Shown here one piece after another: positions 1 through 12,686 of a stretch of DNA of 64,000 nt. The stretch spans positions 416,001 through 480,000 of the forward strand of contig CAWGJT010000005.1 of the NCBI GenBank assembly GCA_963822965.1. The letters run 5' to 3'. Source of the stretch: an uncultured delta proteobacterium (GTDB taxonomy: Bacteria; Myxococcota_A; UBA9160; UBA4427). The notes under the pieces were generated by a model. That model did no database searches and was not told where the DNA came from. It worked only from the letters and a program-made list of their open reading frames with translations. The position numbers were made by a program, and so were the translations under genes. Each line of letters starts with the position of its first letter. The first letter of the stretch is position 1.

Positions 1-126
1 CCGCGGCCCTTCGTCGTTCGACACGTTCGGGTTCGGCCGGGGAGGTCCGGACGCGTGCACGGTGGCCCCGAGGGCCCCGCCCGGGCGGGCGGCGAACGTG
101 CGCGAATCGGCCGTAACCATGCGGCC

Positions 127-156
127 ATCTTATGAATATATTCCGAAGCAAGTCAA
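127..156 (-). promoter_or_regulatory. sigma70-like promoter (TTGACT-N18-TAAGAT) firing out of the window, with palindrome GAATATATTC (134-143) in the spacer
   Basis: Reverse complement of 127-156 reads TTGACT-tgcttcggaatatattca-TAAGAT; AT-rich patch in a GC-rich background; ATG at 120 lies 6 nt downstream. Confidence 0.55.
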
Positions 157-345
157 AAGATTTCCGGCCCGAGTTGCGACTGCCGACGCACTCCCGACCG
201 CCGCCGGCCGACCCTGCGTGTGGGATCGCATCGACGCACAACCGACACGCGAATGAGTAAGGCGAAGAAGTGTCTAAGCGCCCGCACCGGGGGCGTTTCT
301 GACTCGCAGTCGCGTTCGGGCGGAGCGCTTGCCCCGCGGGTGGGA

Positions 346-2534
346 TCAGATCCGGGCCGACCGGAAGGCCGACCAGCGAGCGAGTGCGGCCAGGGAGCCG
401 ACCGCCCGATGTGCGCTCGGATAGCAGACCCGGCCCGCCTCCCGGACGCCGCGCACCCCGGCGTTGTCCCGGTCCGCGAAGACCAGCTCCGTGGCCGACA
501 GGACGGGCTTGCCGTGACGCACCGATGCGTCCCGCGCCGCCACCGCATAGCGAGCGTCCTGGCGCTCGTGGAAGTCGGCGATGCGCGCGATGCCCTCCTC
601 GCCGGCGAAGGGACCCGAGAGGAACGCGCGCGCCTGGGCGGACTGGATGCCGAGACCCAGGTGGATCATCGCGTCCACCTCGGGATGCGCGCACACGAGG
701 TCCATCACCTCGGGGATGGTGTCCCGGGTCTCGCCGCCCGCGAGGTCGATGGGGTTGTTGCGGCTCCAACGCGCCGGAACCATCTCGTCGATGCGCGCGC
801 GGATGTCGTCGGGCAGCGGGATCAGCTCGAGCCCCGCCGCCGCGCAGGCGTCCGCCGCGAGCACGCCCCAGCCCCCGACGCTGGTGAACACGATGGTGCG
901 CCCGCCGCGCGGCAGGGGCTGGGTGGCCAGGGTAGCGGCCCACTCGAAGGCCTCCTCGACGGTGGGCGCGCGCAGGATTCCGAGCTGCCGGCAGAGCCCG
1001 TCGAAGACGCGGTCGTCGCTGGCGAGGGCGCCCGTGTGAGCTGGCCGCGGCGCGCTTGCCCGCCTCGCCGACGCCGCCCTTCACCAGCACCAGGGGCTTG
1101 CGCGCCGTGAGCCGACGCGCCGCCCGACGGAACGCGTCGCCGTCGCGGATGCCCTCGACGTAGACGAGGGCCGACGTCGGTGTCGGGATCGACCGCGAAG
1201 TAGTCGAGCAGCTCCGCGAGCGAGGTCTGGGCCGAGTTGCCGAGGGAGACCGCCTTGCTGAACGCCCACGCCGGTGGCCACCGCGTAGTTGAGGTACGAG
1301 GAGACGAGATTTCCGCTCTGGCTCGCGACGCCGATGCGGCCCGTGCGGCGGGTACGGCGCCACGATCTGCGCGCACATCGAGGCCGGCGTCGAGATCACG
1401 CCCTGTCCGTTCGGCCCGATCAGCAGCATGCCCAGCTCGTCGGCCACGGCCGACCAGCTCGCGCTGGAGCGCGGCGCCCGCCTCTCCCGACTCGGCGTAG
1501 CCGGCGCTGGCCACGAAGGCGGCGCGGACGCCCTTCTTCGCGCACTCGCGCAGCAGCTCCACGTTCGCCCGGTTCGGGCGTGCACACGAACACGAGGTCC
1601 GCCCGGCGGTCCGGGATGGCCGCCACGGAGCGGAAGGTCTCGTGGCCGAGCACCTCGGCGCCGTCCGGCTTCACCGCGAAGAGCTCGCCCGAGTAGCCGA
1701 AGCGCAGGAGGTTGTGGAGCGTCACGAAGCCGAACTTTCCCGGATGGCTGGAGACGCCCGCAACGACGATGCCGCGCGGATGGAAGAGCGGACGGAAGCG
1801 CTCGAGGATCTGCGTCGTCGGACGCCGGCTCCGGCTCCGGCGCGGCGGCGGCGTCGTCCGGCGAGCTCCCGCACCTCCACGAGCGCGTCCACGGCGACCG
1901 GCTCGGCGCCGCGCAGGATCAGCGGGGTTCAGGTCGACGCTGCGCGACGTCCGGCCGCTCGAGGGCCAGGCGCGAGAGCCCCACGAGCAGGCGCCGCGAG
2001 CGCGTCCTCGTCGGCCGGGGGATCGCCGCGGAAGGGCCGGGTGAGCAGGTGGCTCGCGGCCAGGGAACGGATCATGCGCCGGGCCTCGGCGGCGCCGAGC
2101 GGGCGCCGCCGCGAAGACCACGTCCCCGAGCGCCTCGGTCAGGATGCCGCCCAGGCCCAGCATCACGCAGGGGCCGAACTGCGGGTCGCGCACCAGGCCG
2201 GCGATCAGCTCGCGCCGGCCGCGCACCATCTCGGAGACGAGCAGCTGCACCTCACCGTCCTCGGGGCGCACGAGGGCCAGCAGCTCGCGCGCCGCCTCGC
2301 GCACGGCCCCCGCGTCCGCGAGCCCGAGACGGATGGCGTCGCGCTCGGTCTTGTGGGCGATGCGGTCGCCACACAGCTTGACGGCGACCGGAAAGCCCAC
2401 GTCCTGCGCGGCCCGGACGGCGCCGTCCGCGTCGCCTGCCAGCGGCTTCGCGCGTGGTGGGAATGCCGAAAGTTCGCGAGCAGCGCCTTCGAGGCGTGCT
2501 CCGAGAGCGTGCGAGAGGAGTCGGATTCCTGCAT
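346..2534 (-). CDS. Acetate/acyl-CoA ligase (ADP-forming), ATP-grasp domain N-terminal to CoA-binding and ligase domains; several frameshifts
   Basis: Fragments LSEHASKALL, GFPVAVKLCGDRIAHKTERDAIRLGL, RDPQFGPCVMLGLGG, PRGIVVAGVSSHPGKFG, GGWGVLAADAC, NNPIDLAG lie in different frames. Confidence 0.85.
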
Positions 2535-2778
2535 GGGGGCGGGAGCTTAGCCGCCTTCTTCCGGCGCGGCCCGGGGGAGCCGGTCAGCCTGGCGGCCCGT
2601 CCCGCCGATGGACTGGGGACGGGATCGCCGTGCGGCGGCGGGCGACCCGTCTATGATCGGCGTGCGCCGACGCGGCGCGCGGCTTCCGGATCCCCCCTCT
2701 CGGAAGCCCCTTTCGGAAGCCCCGTCGGAGGCGCGCCGGGAGGAGTCGGGACGCGGCGCCGGCACCAGGGGGGAATCG

Positions 2779-4264
2779 ATGAGCGGATTCGTCGGCGCGA
2801 TCGAGGCGATCTTCAAGGGCTGGGTGGTCGCGCCCCTCGACTCGGTGCTCTTCTTCGACGTCGTCTTCTGGGACAACGGGAAGCCCGGCGAGATCCAGCT
2901 TCCCATCGTGGTCGGCCTGGCTGGTGCTGGGCGCCCTCTACTTCACCCTGCGCTTCCAGTTCATCAACTTCCGCGGGCTTCCGCCACGCCGATCGCCTGC
3001 GTGCGCGGCCAGTACAGCGCGCCGCGGACGACGCCGGCGACATCATCGCACTTCCAGGCGCTGTCCGCGGCGCTCTCCGCCACCGTCGGGCTCGGCAACA
3101 TCGCCGGGGTGGCGTTCGCGGTGGGCGTCGGCGGGCCGGGCGCCGTCTTCTGGATGGTGGTGGCCGGCTTCCTCGGCATGAGCTCGAAGTTCGCCGAGTG
3201 CACCCTCGGCCAGAAGTACCGCGTGACGCGCTCGGACGGCCACGTGTCCGGCGGACCGATGCACTACCTGCGCGACGGCCTGGCCGAGCTCGGGCTCGCG
3301 CGCAGCGGGCCGGGTGCTGTCGGTCGTCTTCTCGTTGATGTGCGTCGGCGGCAGCTTCGGCGGCGGCAACATGTACCAGTCGAACCAGGCCTTCGTGCAG
3401 GTGGCGCAGACCTTCGGCAGGCGTCGGCGCCGTGGCTCGGCGGCAACGGCGGCGCCGATCGTCTTCGGCCTGGTGCTCGCGGTGCTCGTCGGCCTCGTGA
3501 TCGTCGGCGGCATCCGGCGCATCGGCGAGGTGGCCGTCGTTCCTCGTTCCCATCATGTGCATCGTCTACGTGGTCTTCGGGCCTCCTGATCCTCGCCGTC
3601 CACGCCGGCGCGGTGCCCGCACGCCATCGCGACCATCGTCCAGGACGCCTTCAGCTGGAAGGCCGGCATCGGCGGCTTCGTCGGCACGCTGATCCAGGGC
3701 TTCCGCCGCGCGGCCTTCAGCAACGAGGCGGGCGTCGGCTCGGCCTCGATCGCCCACTCGGCGGCGCGCACCGAGGAGCCCATCCGGGAGGGCCTGGTCG
3801 CGCTGCTCGAGCCCTTCATCGACACCATCATCGTGTGCGCGATGACGGGCGCCGTGATCGTCGTGACCGGCGCCTACGAGCACCCCGAGGCCGGAACCGG
3901 CATCGGGATGACGTCGTTCGCGTTCGCGACGGTGTTCCCCTGGTTCCCGATCGTGCTGTCGTTCACGGCCGTCGCCTTCGCGTTCAGCACCATGATCTCG
4001 TGGAGCTACTACGGCGAGCAGTGCTGGGTGACGCTCTTCGGGCTGCCCTCGGTGCTGCTCTACAAGCTGCTCTTCCTGCTCTTCACCTGGGCCGGCGCCG
4101 ATCTTCGCCGCCGAGGCCGTGGTGCAACTTCGGCGACCTGATGATCCTGGGGATGGCGTTCCCGAACATCGCCGGCGTGCTGCTGCTGACGGGCAGGGTG
4201 AAGCCGGACCTCGACAGACTACCTGCTGCGCCTGCGGGCCGGCGCCTTCCAGCGGCACGCCTGA
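2779..4264 (+). CDS. Alanine/glycine:cation symporter (AGCS, AlsT-like); frameshifted
   Basis: [76 protein letters not shown]. Confidence 0.92.
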
Positions 4265-4295
4265 GCGCGCCCGGACGGGCTCGCCCGGGCCGGAC

Positions 4296-6440
4296 TCAAC
4301 GGCTTCGGACTGCGAGGCCAGGTAGCCCTGGATCGTGCGGATCTCGTCCGGCGAGAGCCACTGGGAGAAGCCGGGCATCGAGGTGCCGTCGAGGCCATTC
4401 GAGACGATGGGCACGAAGGCCTCCCCGAGCGCCGCCGCGCGGCTCCGCAGGTCCGGATTCACGCCGCCCGCGATGCCGTTCGCACCGTGACAGCGCCAGC
4501 ACCAGTTCGTGGTAGAGATCGGCGCCACGCGCCGCCGCGGGGTCGCGCGACTCGAGCATCGCGTCGACCACGTCGGGGGTGATCGTCTCGTCGACGAGCG
4601 CCCAGGCCAGGATGCGGCCGCTCGATCGACGCCCGCCGCGCGGGCGGCGTCGCCGCCGACCTGCGCGAAGGCCCCGCCCCAGCCCGCCACCACCGACACG
4701 TACTGCACCCCGCCCACCCGGTAGCTGATGGGCGCGGCGATGATGCCGGTGCCCGCCGAGTGGCTCTGCCACAGCAGGCGTGCCGTCGTCGGCGCGCAGC
4801 GCCAGGAAGCGACCGTCGGCGGTGCCCTGGAAGACGAGGTTGCCCGCCGTCGTGAGGGTGCCCCCGTTCCACGGCAGCCCGTACGGGTGTCGCCACACCT
4901 CCTTCTGCTCGACCGGATCCCACGCGAGCAGATATCCCGAGACCGCCTCGCGGTCGAAGAAGGTCCCGAGCGGTGGCTGTCGACGCCCGTGTTGAACTCG
5001 CCCGGACGCACCGCGAAGGCGGGATCGCGCCGGTACGGACCGGCCATCTCCTGGGCCGGGATGTAGACCAGCCCGGTCACCGGGTTGAAGGACATGGGCT
5101 GCCAGTTGTGCCCGCCGAGGTACATGGGCGTGACCAGCGCCAGCCCGTTCTCGTAGTCGCCGCTCGGGCTCGGAATCGGTCGACCGCTCGCGGCATCGAT
5201 GCCCTCCGCCCAGCTCACGGGGACGTAGTTGCTCGGCCGAGATCAGCTCGCCGGTCTCGCGGTCGAGCACGTAGAAGAAGCCGTTCTTCGGGGCCTGCAT
5301 GATCACCTTGCGCAGGCTGTCCGCCGATCGGAAGCTCCGCCAGGATCATGTGCTGGGTCGCGGTGAAGTCCCAGTTGTCGGCCGGCGTCGTCTGGTAGTG
5401 CCAGCGGATCTCCCCGGTATCGGGATCCAGCGCCAGGATCGACGAGAGGAAGAGGTTGTCGCCGCCGCCGGGGCTGCGCAGCTCCGCCCGCCAGGGCGAG
5501 CCGTTCCCGGTCCCGACGTAGAGCAGGCGCAGGTCCGGGTCGTAGGCCATCGAGTCCCAGACCGTGCCGCCGCCGCCGAGCTTCCAATACTCGCCGTTCC
5601 AGGTCTCGGCGGCGCGCTCCAGGGCGGGCGACTCGAAGGGCTGGCTCGGATCGCCCGGGCACCGTGTAGGTCCGCCAGACCAGCGCGCCGGTGGCCGCGT
5701 CGTAGGCCGACACGTAGCCGCGCACGCCGAACTCGGCGCCGCCGTTGCCGATCACGACCTTGCCTTCCACCACCCGCGGCGCGCCGGTGATGGTGTACGG
5801 CTGCTGGGGGTCCACGGTGACGGTCTCCCACACGGGCTCGCCGGTGGACGCGTCCAGGGCGATCAGACGCCCGTCGAGGGCGCCGACGTAGACCCGGCCC
5901 CGATACACGGCGACGCCCCGGTTCACGACGTCGCAGCACGTCTTGCGCCCGACCTCCCGGGGGACCTGGGGATCGTACTTCCACAGCAGGCGCCCCGTGG
6001 CGGCGTCGAGGGCGAAGACCACGCTCCAGGGGCCCGTCGCGAAGAGCACCCCGTCGACGACGATGGGGGTGGCCTCGTGTCCGCGACGCATCCCGGTGTC
6101 GAACTTCCAGGCGAGCCGCAGGTGGTTCGACGTTGCGCGCGTGGATCTGGGTGAGGGGGCTGAAGCGCTGCTCGGACCAGGTGCGGCCGTGGGTCAGCCA
6201 GTCGTCGGTGTCGGACGCGGCCGCGCGCAGGCGGACGTCGTTCACCGAAGTGGCGACGCCCCGCAAGCGCGGGCGCGGGCGCGGGCGGGTGCGCGGGGCC
6301 GGGACGGGTGCGGCGAAGGGCTCCGGAGGGGGCTGCGCCACCTCGGCTTCGTCGCCGCCGCCGCAGGCGATCGGGCTCGCGAGCCCGACCGCCAGCAGCA
6401 GCGCCAGGGCCCGGGGGCCCCGCACCCGCCGCGGGATCAC
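4296..6440 (-). CDS. PQQ-dependent quinohemoprotein alcohol dehydrogenase (type II, C-terminal cytochrome c), lipoprotein; frameshifted, 3' end approximate
   Basis: [72 protein letters not shown] heme motif; LASPIAC lipobox; GTG start overlaps upstream TGA. Confidence 0.92.
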
Positions 6441-7258
6441 TTGACGGTGATCACGACGGGCGCGCTGAACCGCACCCGGCCCGACTTCCCGCCGTAGCCG
6501 CCCAGGGGCTGCTTGCCGTAGACGGGATGCTCCGTCGAGCCGAGCTTGGTGGCCTTCTCGGTGCCGTAGAGGTAGACGCCCACCAGCGGGTACTCGCCGG
6601 GACGATCGGGAGCCTGGAGGGTGTAGATCACCTTCGACTTGCTCCACTTTCCGGTGACCGCGTTGGACTCGACGCCCAGCACGTTCACGAACGTGACCTT
6701 GCGGCCCATGCGCTCGGGCCGGCGGTCGAGCCACTCGCTCTGGGGCTTTCCGTCCGGACCGATCACCGTGGGAGGCCCGACCACGGTCCAGCCGGCGGCC
6801 GACGCCGGTCGCGCGTACCAGCGATGGGCGCGGTCGACGAGGCCGACGCCCACCACGGGGCCTGCGCCGCCCGTCACCACCACGGTCACGTTGAAGTTCT
6901 CACCGGCCTTCACCTGCGGCGGGTATTCGATGAGCTCGATCTTCGAGTTGGCGTCGACCGCCTGCAGCTGCTGGACGAGGGTCGCCCGGTCGGCCTCCGA
7001 CAGCTTGTCGTAGGGGCTCTGCCCCTGGAGGATCGCCGCCAGGTGCTTGTTGGCCGCCAGCTCCTTCTCGGCCCGGGGCCCCGAGCCCTCGAGGGCCTCC
7101 GCCGAGAGCGACGAGTGGCAGGCGGCGCAGAACGGAGCCACGTCCGTCTGGAAGTCGGGCGTACCGCCGGGATACGCGTTCACCGAAGCCGGCAGGGCCA
7201 GCAGGCCGGCGACGACGATCCATGCACGACCGTATGAAATCATGATTTCCTCCTCCAT
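6437..7258 (-). CDS. Secreted protein with one CxxCH motif (CAACH); possible Reeler/choice-of-anchor V-like
   Basis: Intact 273 aa ORF; signal peptide ending SVNA, then YPGGTP...FCAACH. Confidence 0.7.
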   Translation of the reverse strand: MEEEIMISYGRAWIVVAGLLALPASVNAYPGGTPDFQTDVAPFCAACHSSLSAEALEGSGPRAEKELAANKHLAAILQGQSPYDKLSEADRATLVQQLQAVDANSKIELIEYPPQVKAGENFNVTVVVTGGAGPVVGVGLVDRAHRWYARPASAAGWTVVGPPTVIGPDGKPQSEWLDRRPERMGRKVTFVNVLGVESNAVTGKWSKSKVIYTLQAPDRPGEYPLVGVYLYGTEKATKLGSTEHPVYGKQPLGGYGGKSGRVRFSAPVVITVK

Positions 7259-7333
7259 CGGAACGGAGCTCGCGAGACGAGCCTGCGGCGCCGCTGCCCG
7301 CTGCGGAACCCCTCCGTCGGGATCATCGGCACG

Positions 7334-7954
7334 TCACTCGAACTCGGTGTGGCACCGCGCACACTGCGCGCGAACGCGCGCGGGACGGAGATAGTAGAAC
7401 GCTTCGCTCCCGCCGGCCGCGTGGGACTGGTGGCATTCCACACACGACACGCCCAGCGCCACGTTGTGGACGCCCAGCGCGTGGAACGGCGGATTCGAGT
7501 CATCGGCTCCCCCCTCGGATTTCGGGAAGTCCGGGTGGCATTGCCGGCAGTCCTCGTCCCGGAGCGGCCAGGCCATCTCCTGGGGCTCGTCGAAGTGCCC
7601 GACCGCCCACCAGAATCCGTCCTTCGCGGCGAGCAGCTTGGTGCGCGCCTTGCCGAGGAATCCCACGCCGCCGTGGCAGTCGATGCAGCGGAACGGCTCG
7701 CTCGCGGCACGTCGCGGGTGGAGGCTGCGGGCGTGCAGCCCGGCCAGGTTGACCGGCGGCCGTGCGTCGAAATCGCGGCGGATGTCGATGTGCAGGGGAA
7801 CGCCCGGCTCGAGATGGCAGGCGTTGCAGAAGTCGTCGTCCTGCTCGAGGTGATCGGTGCCGAACCAGCCCACGGGCGCCGCGACGCCGCCCGCAGCCAG
7901 AAGTGCGATCCAGAGGCGCGACGAGAAGAGGCGCTTCGTTCGTCCGGGAGCCAC
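7334..7954 (-). CDS. Membrane-anchored pentaheme cytochrome c (NapC/NirT-like N-terminus)
   Basis: N-terminal TM helix, then [32 protein letters not shown] start at 7954 inferred. Confidence 0.8.
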   Translation of the reverse strand: MAPGRTKRLFSSRLWIALLAAGGVAAPVGWFGTDHLEQDDDFCNACHLEPGVPLHIDIRRDFDARPPVNLAGLHARSLHPRRAASEPFRCIDCHGGVGFLGKARTKLLAAKDGFWWAVGHFDEPQEMAWPLRDEDCRQCHPDFPKSEGGADDSNPPFHALGVHNVALGVSCVECHQSHAAGGSEAFYYLRPARVRAQCARCHTEFE

Positions 7955-8038
7955 GCACGGGCGAGTCTCGCATATCCGGCGGCCCGCGCCGAGAGCTGGG
8001 GTACCCTTGCGGACCGCGGAACGGGAGGAGGAGCGCGA

Positions 8039-8917
8039 ATGGGCACCGAGATCGGTCGACTGGGCGTCTGGAGCTGGCTCGATTCGCTGGCCGCGCCGGA
8101 CGCCGCCGCCTTCGCGAGGCAGCTCGAGGCGTGGGGCTACTCCGCCCTGTGGATCCCCGAGGCGGTGGGGCGCGACCCCTTCTCCTTCATCGCCTACCTG
8201 GGAGCGAACACCGAGAAGCTGGTGCTGGCCACCGGCATCGCCAACATCTACGCGCGCGACGCCATGACCCTCAAGGCGATCCACAAGACGCTCGCGGAGC
8301 TCATCCCCGAGCGCTTCGTCCTGGGCCTCGGCGTGTCGCACGAGCACCTCGTCTCCCGGGTGCGCGGTCACGAGTACGGCAAGCCCCTCACCACCATGCG
8401 GAACCACCTGGACGCCATGGAGAGCGCCCTCTACATGGGCGCGGAGCCCAAGGAGGACGCGCCCATCGTGCTGGCGGCCCTGCGCGACCGGATGCTCACC
8501 CTGGCCGCCGAGCGCACCCGGGGCGCCCACCCCTACTTCGTGCCCCCGGAGCACACGGCCCATGCCCGCGAGGTGATGGGGCCCGACGCCTGGCTCTGCC
8601 CGGAGCAGATGGTGCTGCTCGAGACCGACGCCACGAAGGCCCGCCAGGTGGCCCGGGCCAACATGCAGGTGTACGTCGGCCTACCGAACTACCAGAACAA
8701 CCTGCGCCGGCTCGGCTACGGCGACGCGGACTTCGCCGACGGCGGCAGCGATCGGCTGGTCGACGCCATCGTGGCCTGGGGCGACGAGCAGGCCATCGCC
8801 CGCCGGGTGAAGGCCCACCACGACGCGGGCGCCACCCACGTCTGCATCCAGCCCTTCCGTCCCGACGGCCGTCCCGGACCGGACCTGCGCATCCTGGAGG
8901 CGCTCGCCCCCGCCTGA
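8039..8917 (+). CDS. LLM-class (probably F420-dependent) oxidoreductase, MSMEG_4141/TIGR03620-like
   Basis: [74 protein letters not shown]. Confidence 0.9.
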   Translation: MGTEIGRLGVWSWLDSLAAPDAAAFARQLEAWGYSALWIPEAVGRDPFSFIAYLGANTEKLVLATGIANIYARDAMTLKAIHKTLAELIPERFVLGLGVSHEHLVSRVRGHEYGKPLTTMRNHLDAMESALYMGAEPKEDAPIVLAALRDRMLTLAAERTRGAHPYFVPPEHTAHAREVMGPDAWLCPEQMVLLETDATKARQVARANMQVYVGLPNYQNNLRRLGYGDADFADGGSDRLVDAIVAWGDEQAIARRVKAHHDAGATHVCIQPFRPDGRPGPDLRILEALAPA

Positions 8918-8958
8918 TCGCGCGGCGGGACGACGCGCGCGCCGTTATCCTCGCGCGC

Positions 8959-10186
8959 ATGGCTCACATCAACGAGAACTACCGCAAGCTGCAGAAGGGC
9001 TACCTCTTTCCCGAGATCGGGCGGCGCGTGCGCGCCTACCAGGCCGCCAACCCTGACGCGAACATCATCCGTCTCGGCATCGGGGACGTCACCCTGCCGC
9101 TGGTTCCCGCCGTGGTCCGGGCGATGCACGACGCCGTCGACGACCAGTCGGAGAAGGCCTTCGGATACGGGCCGGAGAACGGCTACGAGTTCCTGAAGGA
9201 GGCCATCCTGCAGGGCGACTATCGCAGCCGCGGCGTCGAGATCGCCCCCGACGAGATCTTCGTCTCCGACGGCAGCAAGCAGGACACGGGCAACGTCCAG
9301 GAGATCTTCGGCAGCGACTGCAGCGTGCTGGTGACGGACCCGAGCTATCCCGTCTACGTGGACACCAACGTGATGGCCGGACGCACCGGCGGCGCGGACG
9401 CCGCCGGCACCTACGCGGGCATCCACTACCTGCCGGCCACGGAAGCCAACGGCTTCACCCCGCTGCCGCCCGCCGAACGCGTCGACCTCGCCTACCTGTG
9501 CTCGCCCAACAACCCGACGGGCGCGGTGGCTTCGCGCGAGAACCTCACCGGCTGGGTGGCCTGGGCCCGCGAGAACGACGCGGTGCTCCTCTTCGACGCC
9601 GCCTACGACGCCTTCATCCAGGACCCTGCCCTGCCCCGATCCATCTACGAGATCGAGGGCGCCCGGGAGTGCGCGATCGAGATGCGCAGCTTCTCGAAGC
9701 GCGCGGGCTTCACCGGCGTGCGGTGCGCGTACACGGTCGTGCCGAAGGCCCTCACCGGAAGCACCGCCGCCGGCGAGCGCGTCCCGCTGCACGGCCTGTG
9801 GTCCCGCCGCCAGGCGACCAAGTTCAACGAGGTGCCCTACGTGGTGCAGCGCGCCGCCGAGGCGGTCTTCTCCGCCGAGGGAGCCGCCGAGACCGGGAAG
9901 CAGATCGCCTACTACATGGAGAACGCCACGCGCATCCGCGAGGGACTCACCGCCGCCCGCTTCGCCGTCTTCGGCGGCGAGCACGCCCCGTACATCTGGC
10001 TGCGCACGCCCGAGGGCACGACGTCCTGGGACTTCTTCGACCAGCTCCTCGAGCGGACCCACGTCGTGGGCACGCCCGGGCTCGGGCTTCGGCCCCGCCG
10101 GCGAGGGCTACTTCCGCATCTCCGCGTTCAACTCCCACGAGAACGTCGACCTGGCCATCGAACGCATCCGCAAGGCCTTCGCCTGA
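8959..10186 (+). CDS. dapL: LL-diaminopimelate aminotransferase (one frameshift near 10080)
   Basis: [74 protein letters not shown]. Confidence 0.95.
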
Positions 10187-12326
10187 CCCGCGTCTTCCGC
10201 CGGGCGCGATCGCACGAGCCTTCATCGGGAGCCCGCGCCCTGCGCCGAGACGGGATCTGTCTACTGCTGCTCTGGGCCTTCTTCGCGGCCTGGTATGCGC
10301 CCGGCGTGCTCGGGGGTCGGATCCCGGCCTGGGAGGACACGGCGGCGTACTTCTTCGCCAACCGGGCCGCCCTTCACGCCATCGCCCACGGCGCGGGCTT
10401 CCACTGGTGGGACCCGGTTCCGATGCTGGGCATGCCGCGCCTGGGCAACATCCAGAACGGCACCTTCTCGCCCCTCTCCCTCTTCTTCTACCTGCTGCCG
10501 ACGGCGCGCGTCTTCGCGTTCTTCCCCGCCCTGGCGCTGGGGCTGCTGTCGAGCTTCACGTTCGGCCTGTTCCGGAGGTGCGGGGTCGGGCGCATTCCGG
10601 CGCTCTTCGGCGCGCTCTCGTGGGCGACGATCGGCAACGTCACGACGCACCTCCAGCACGTGTCCGCGATCGACACCCTGCTGTGGCTGCCCGCGACCCT
10701 GCTCGCCTGGGAGGGCTACCGCCGCAGCCGGGGCGGGCCGGGGCGGCGCGCCGGCCTGGCGACGCTCGCGGGGGTCTGCCTGGCGTTCCAGTGCTTCGGC
10801 GCCCTGCCCCAGTTCGTGCTCTACAACGGCCTGGTGATGGCCATGTGGATGGGGCTCGGCATCGTCCGGACCGCGCCGGCAGGGGGGGGCCTGGCTGCAG
10901 GACGCGGCCGTGGCCGCGGGCATCGCGGTGATCGGGATCGGTCTGGCGAGCTGGCAGCTGCTGCCCTTCCTCGAGATGGTCGAGCATTCGCACCGCTCGC
11001 TCTTCGCGGGCACGGCCGGCGGGGCCTTCGCCGAGAGCTACCGGGCGGCGCCCTACGAGGTGGCCCTCGCCCTGGCGCGCGAGCTCTTCGCCTGGATCGA
11101 CGCGCCCGCCCTGCGCTACGGCCCGGCCTACGTGAACCTCCCGAACCTGAGCGTGCTGACGGTCGCGCTCGCGGTCTTCGCCCTGGTGCGACGGCCGCGT
11201 GCGTGGCCGGAGGCCGCCTTCGCGCTCTTCTTCCTGCTCGGCATGCTGGGCTCCGCGGGCGGCGTCGTCCCGCTGCTCACGCTCGTCTTCCCCCTGGCCG
11301 AGCAGCTGCGCGCCCCCCTGCGCATGATCGTTCCGGCGGCCTTCTTCCTGTCGTGGCTGGGGGCCCAGGGCCTGGATCGGTGGATGGCCGGCGGCGGGCC
11401 GCGCCCGGCGGGTGTCGCCGGTCGCCGGATGGCCGCCGGGGCGCTGGCGGTGGCCTGGGTGGCGGGCGTGGGCTTCGCGCTCAGCCAGCCCCGGCCGGTG
11501 TGGATGGAGCCCGAAGCGTTCCGCGTTCCGGAGGTCGTCCGGCACGCCGAGCCGCGCATCGCGGCGGACTTCCGCAGCTCGCCCCGCATGCCGCTCTTCG
11601 CTCTGGACGCCGGCGTCGCGGCCGGCGTCCCGACGCTCTTCCTGCGCGAGCCGCTCATCGCGCGCAGCTTCTTCGAGGCGTACTTCGCCAGCCAGTTCGG
11701 CAGCCTCGAACGGCGGGGCCTGCTCGCCCGCATGGGAAACGTCATCACCCTGCCCTTCCAGAAGCCCTCGATGCCGATCCTGCGGTCGTTCCGCCTGTCC
11801 TCGCTGATCCGCTACGACGACGGCCACTACCGCGCGGTGCAGCTGCCCGGCGTCGTCCCGCGCTTCCGGATCGTCCGGGAGGCGCTTCTCGCGGCGGAGC
11901 CGCGCCAGCGCTGGGCGCTCGCCGCGTCCGACCGCTGGGAGCCGGCGCAGGTGGCGATCGTCGAGGAGGCCGTCGACCTGCCCGTCGGGCCGGACCGCGA
12001 CCTCGCGCCCTCGCGGCTGCGCGTGCTGCTCGACGAGCCGGACCACCATCTGCTCGAGGTGGAGTCCGCCGGCGCGCTGGTCGTCACGTCCGGGCTATTC
12101 TTCCCCGGCTGGGGCGTGCGGGTGGACGACCGCGAGGCCCGGCCATTGCGGGTGGACCTGGCCTTGCGGGGCGTGGTGGTACCGCCCGGCGTGCATCGCG
12201 TGGAGTGGCGCTACCGGCCCACCTGGATCGGCGCGGGCTACGGCCGCGACGGTGCTCGCAGGCGTCACGGCGCTGGCGATACCCTTCGCCCTGGGTCGGC
12301 TCGAACGCCGCCGGTCGCGAGGCTGA
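10183..12326 (+). CDS. YfhO-family polytopic membrane protein (GT-C-like); frameshifted, start approximate
   Basis: [23 protein letters not shown], many TM helices, QLLPFLE, C-terminal [10 protein letters not shown]...[19 protein letters not shown] plus a final TM helix. Confidence 0.8.
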
Positions 12327-12353
12327 GGACCCCGCGCCGCGGGACGCGATCGG

Positions 12354-12480
12354 TTGCACCTCGAAGCGATCCAGCAAAGCTTCGATCGCCTCGCCTCGGC
12401 GGGCGACGAGGTGCGCGACTTCTCCGCCGGACGGCCCGCCACGGACGACATCGCGATCCTCACCATCTCGCGCTCCTCCT
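12354..12480 (+). pseudogene. Possible remnant of a SpoIIE/PP2C phosphatase C-terminus
   Basis: [21 protein letters not shown] resembles the terminal 'F.G..P..DD(I/V)T(L/I)' motif of RsbU-type phosphatases. Confidence 0.35.
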
Positions 12481-12686
12481 GGGGCCCGGCCCAGGGGGGA
12501 CCCCGAACCGGCGACCCTTGCGTGCGGTTTTTCTTCCGTCCCCGCACCCCGGGGTCATAGAATGGACCCTCGCGCGCGCGGGAGCGGAGGCTCCCGACCG
12601 GCCTGGCTCCGCGCACCCGGACGGCGCGACCCGGTGAGACCGGGGACACGAGGAAACGGAACCCGGACATGGAAGGGGAGCGACAC

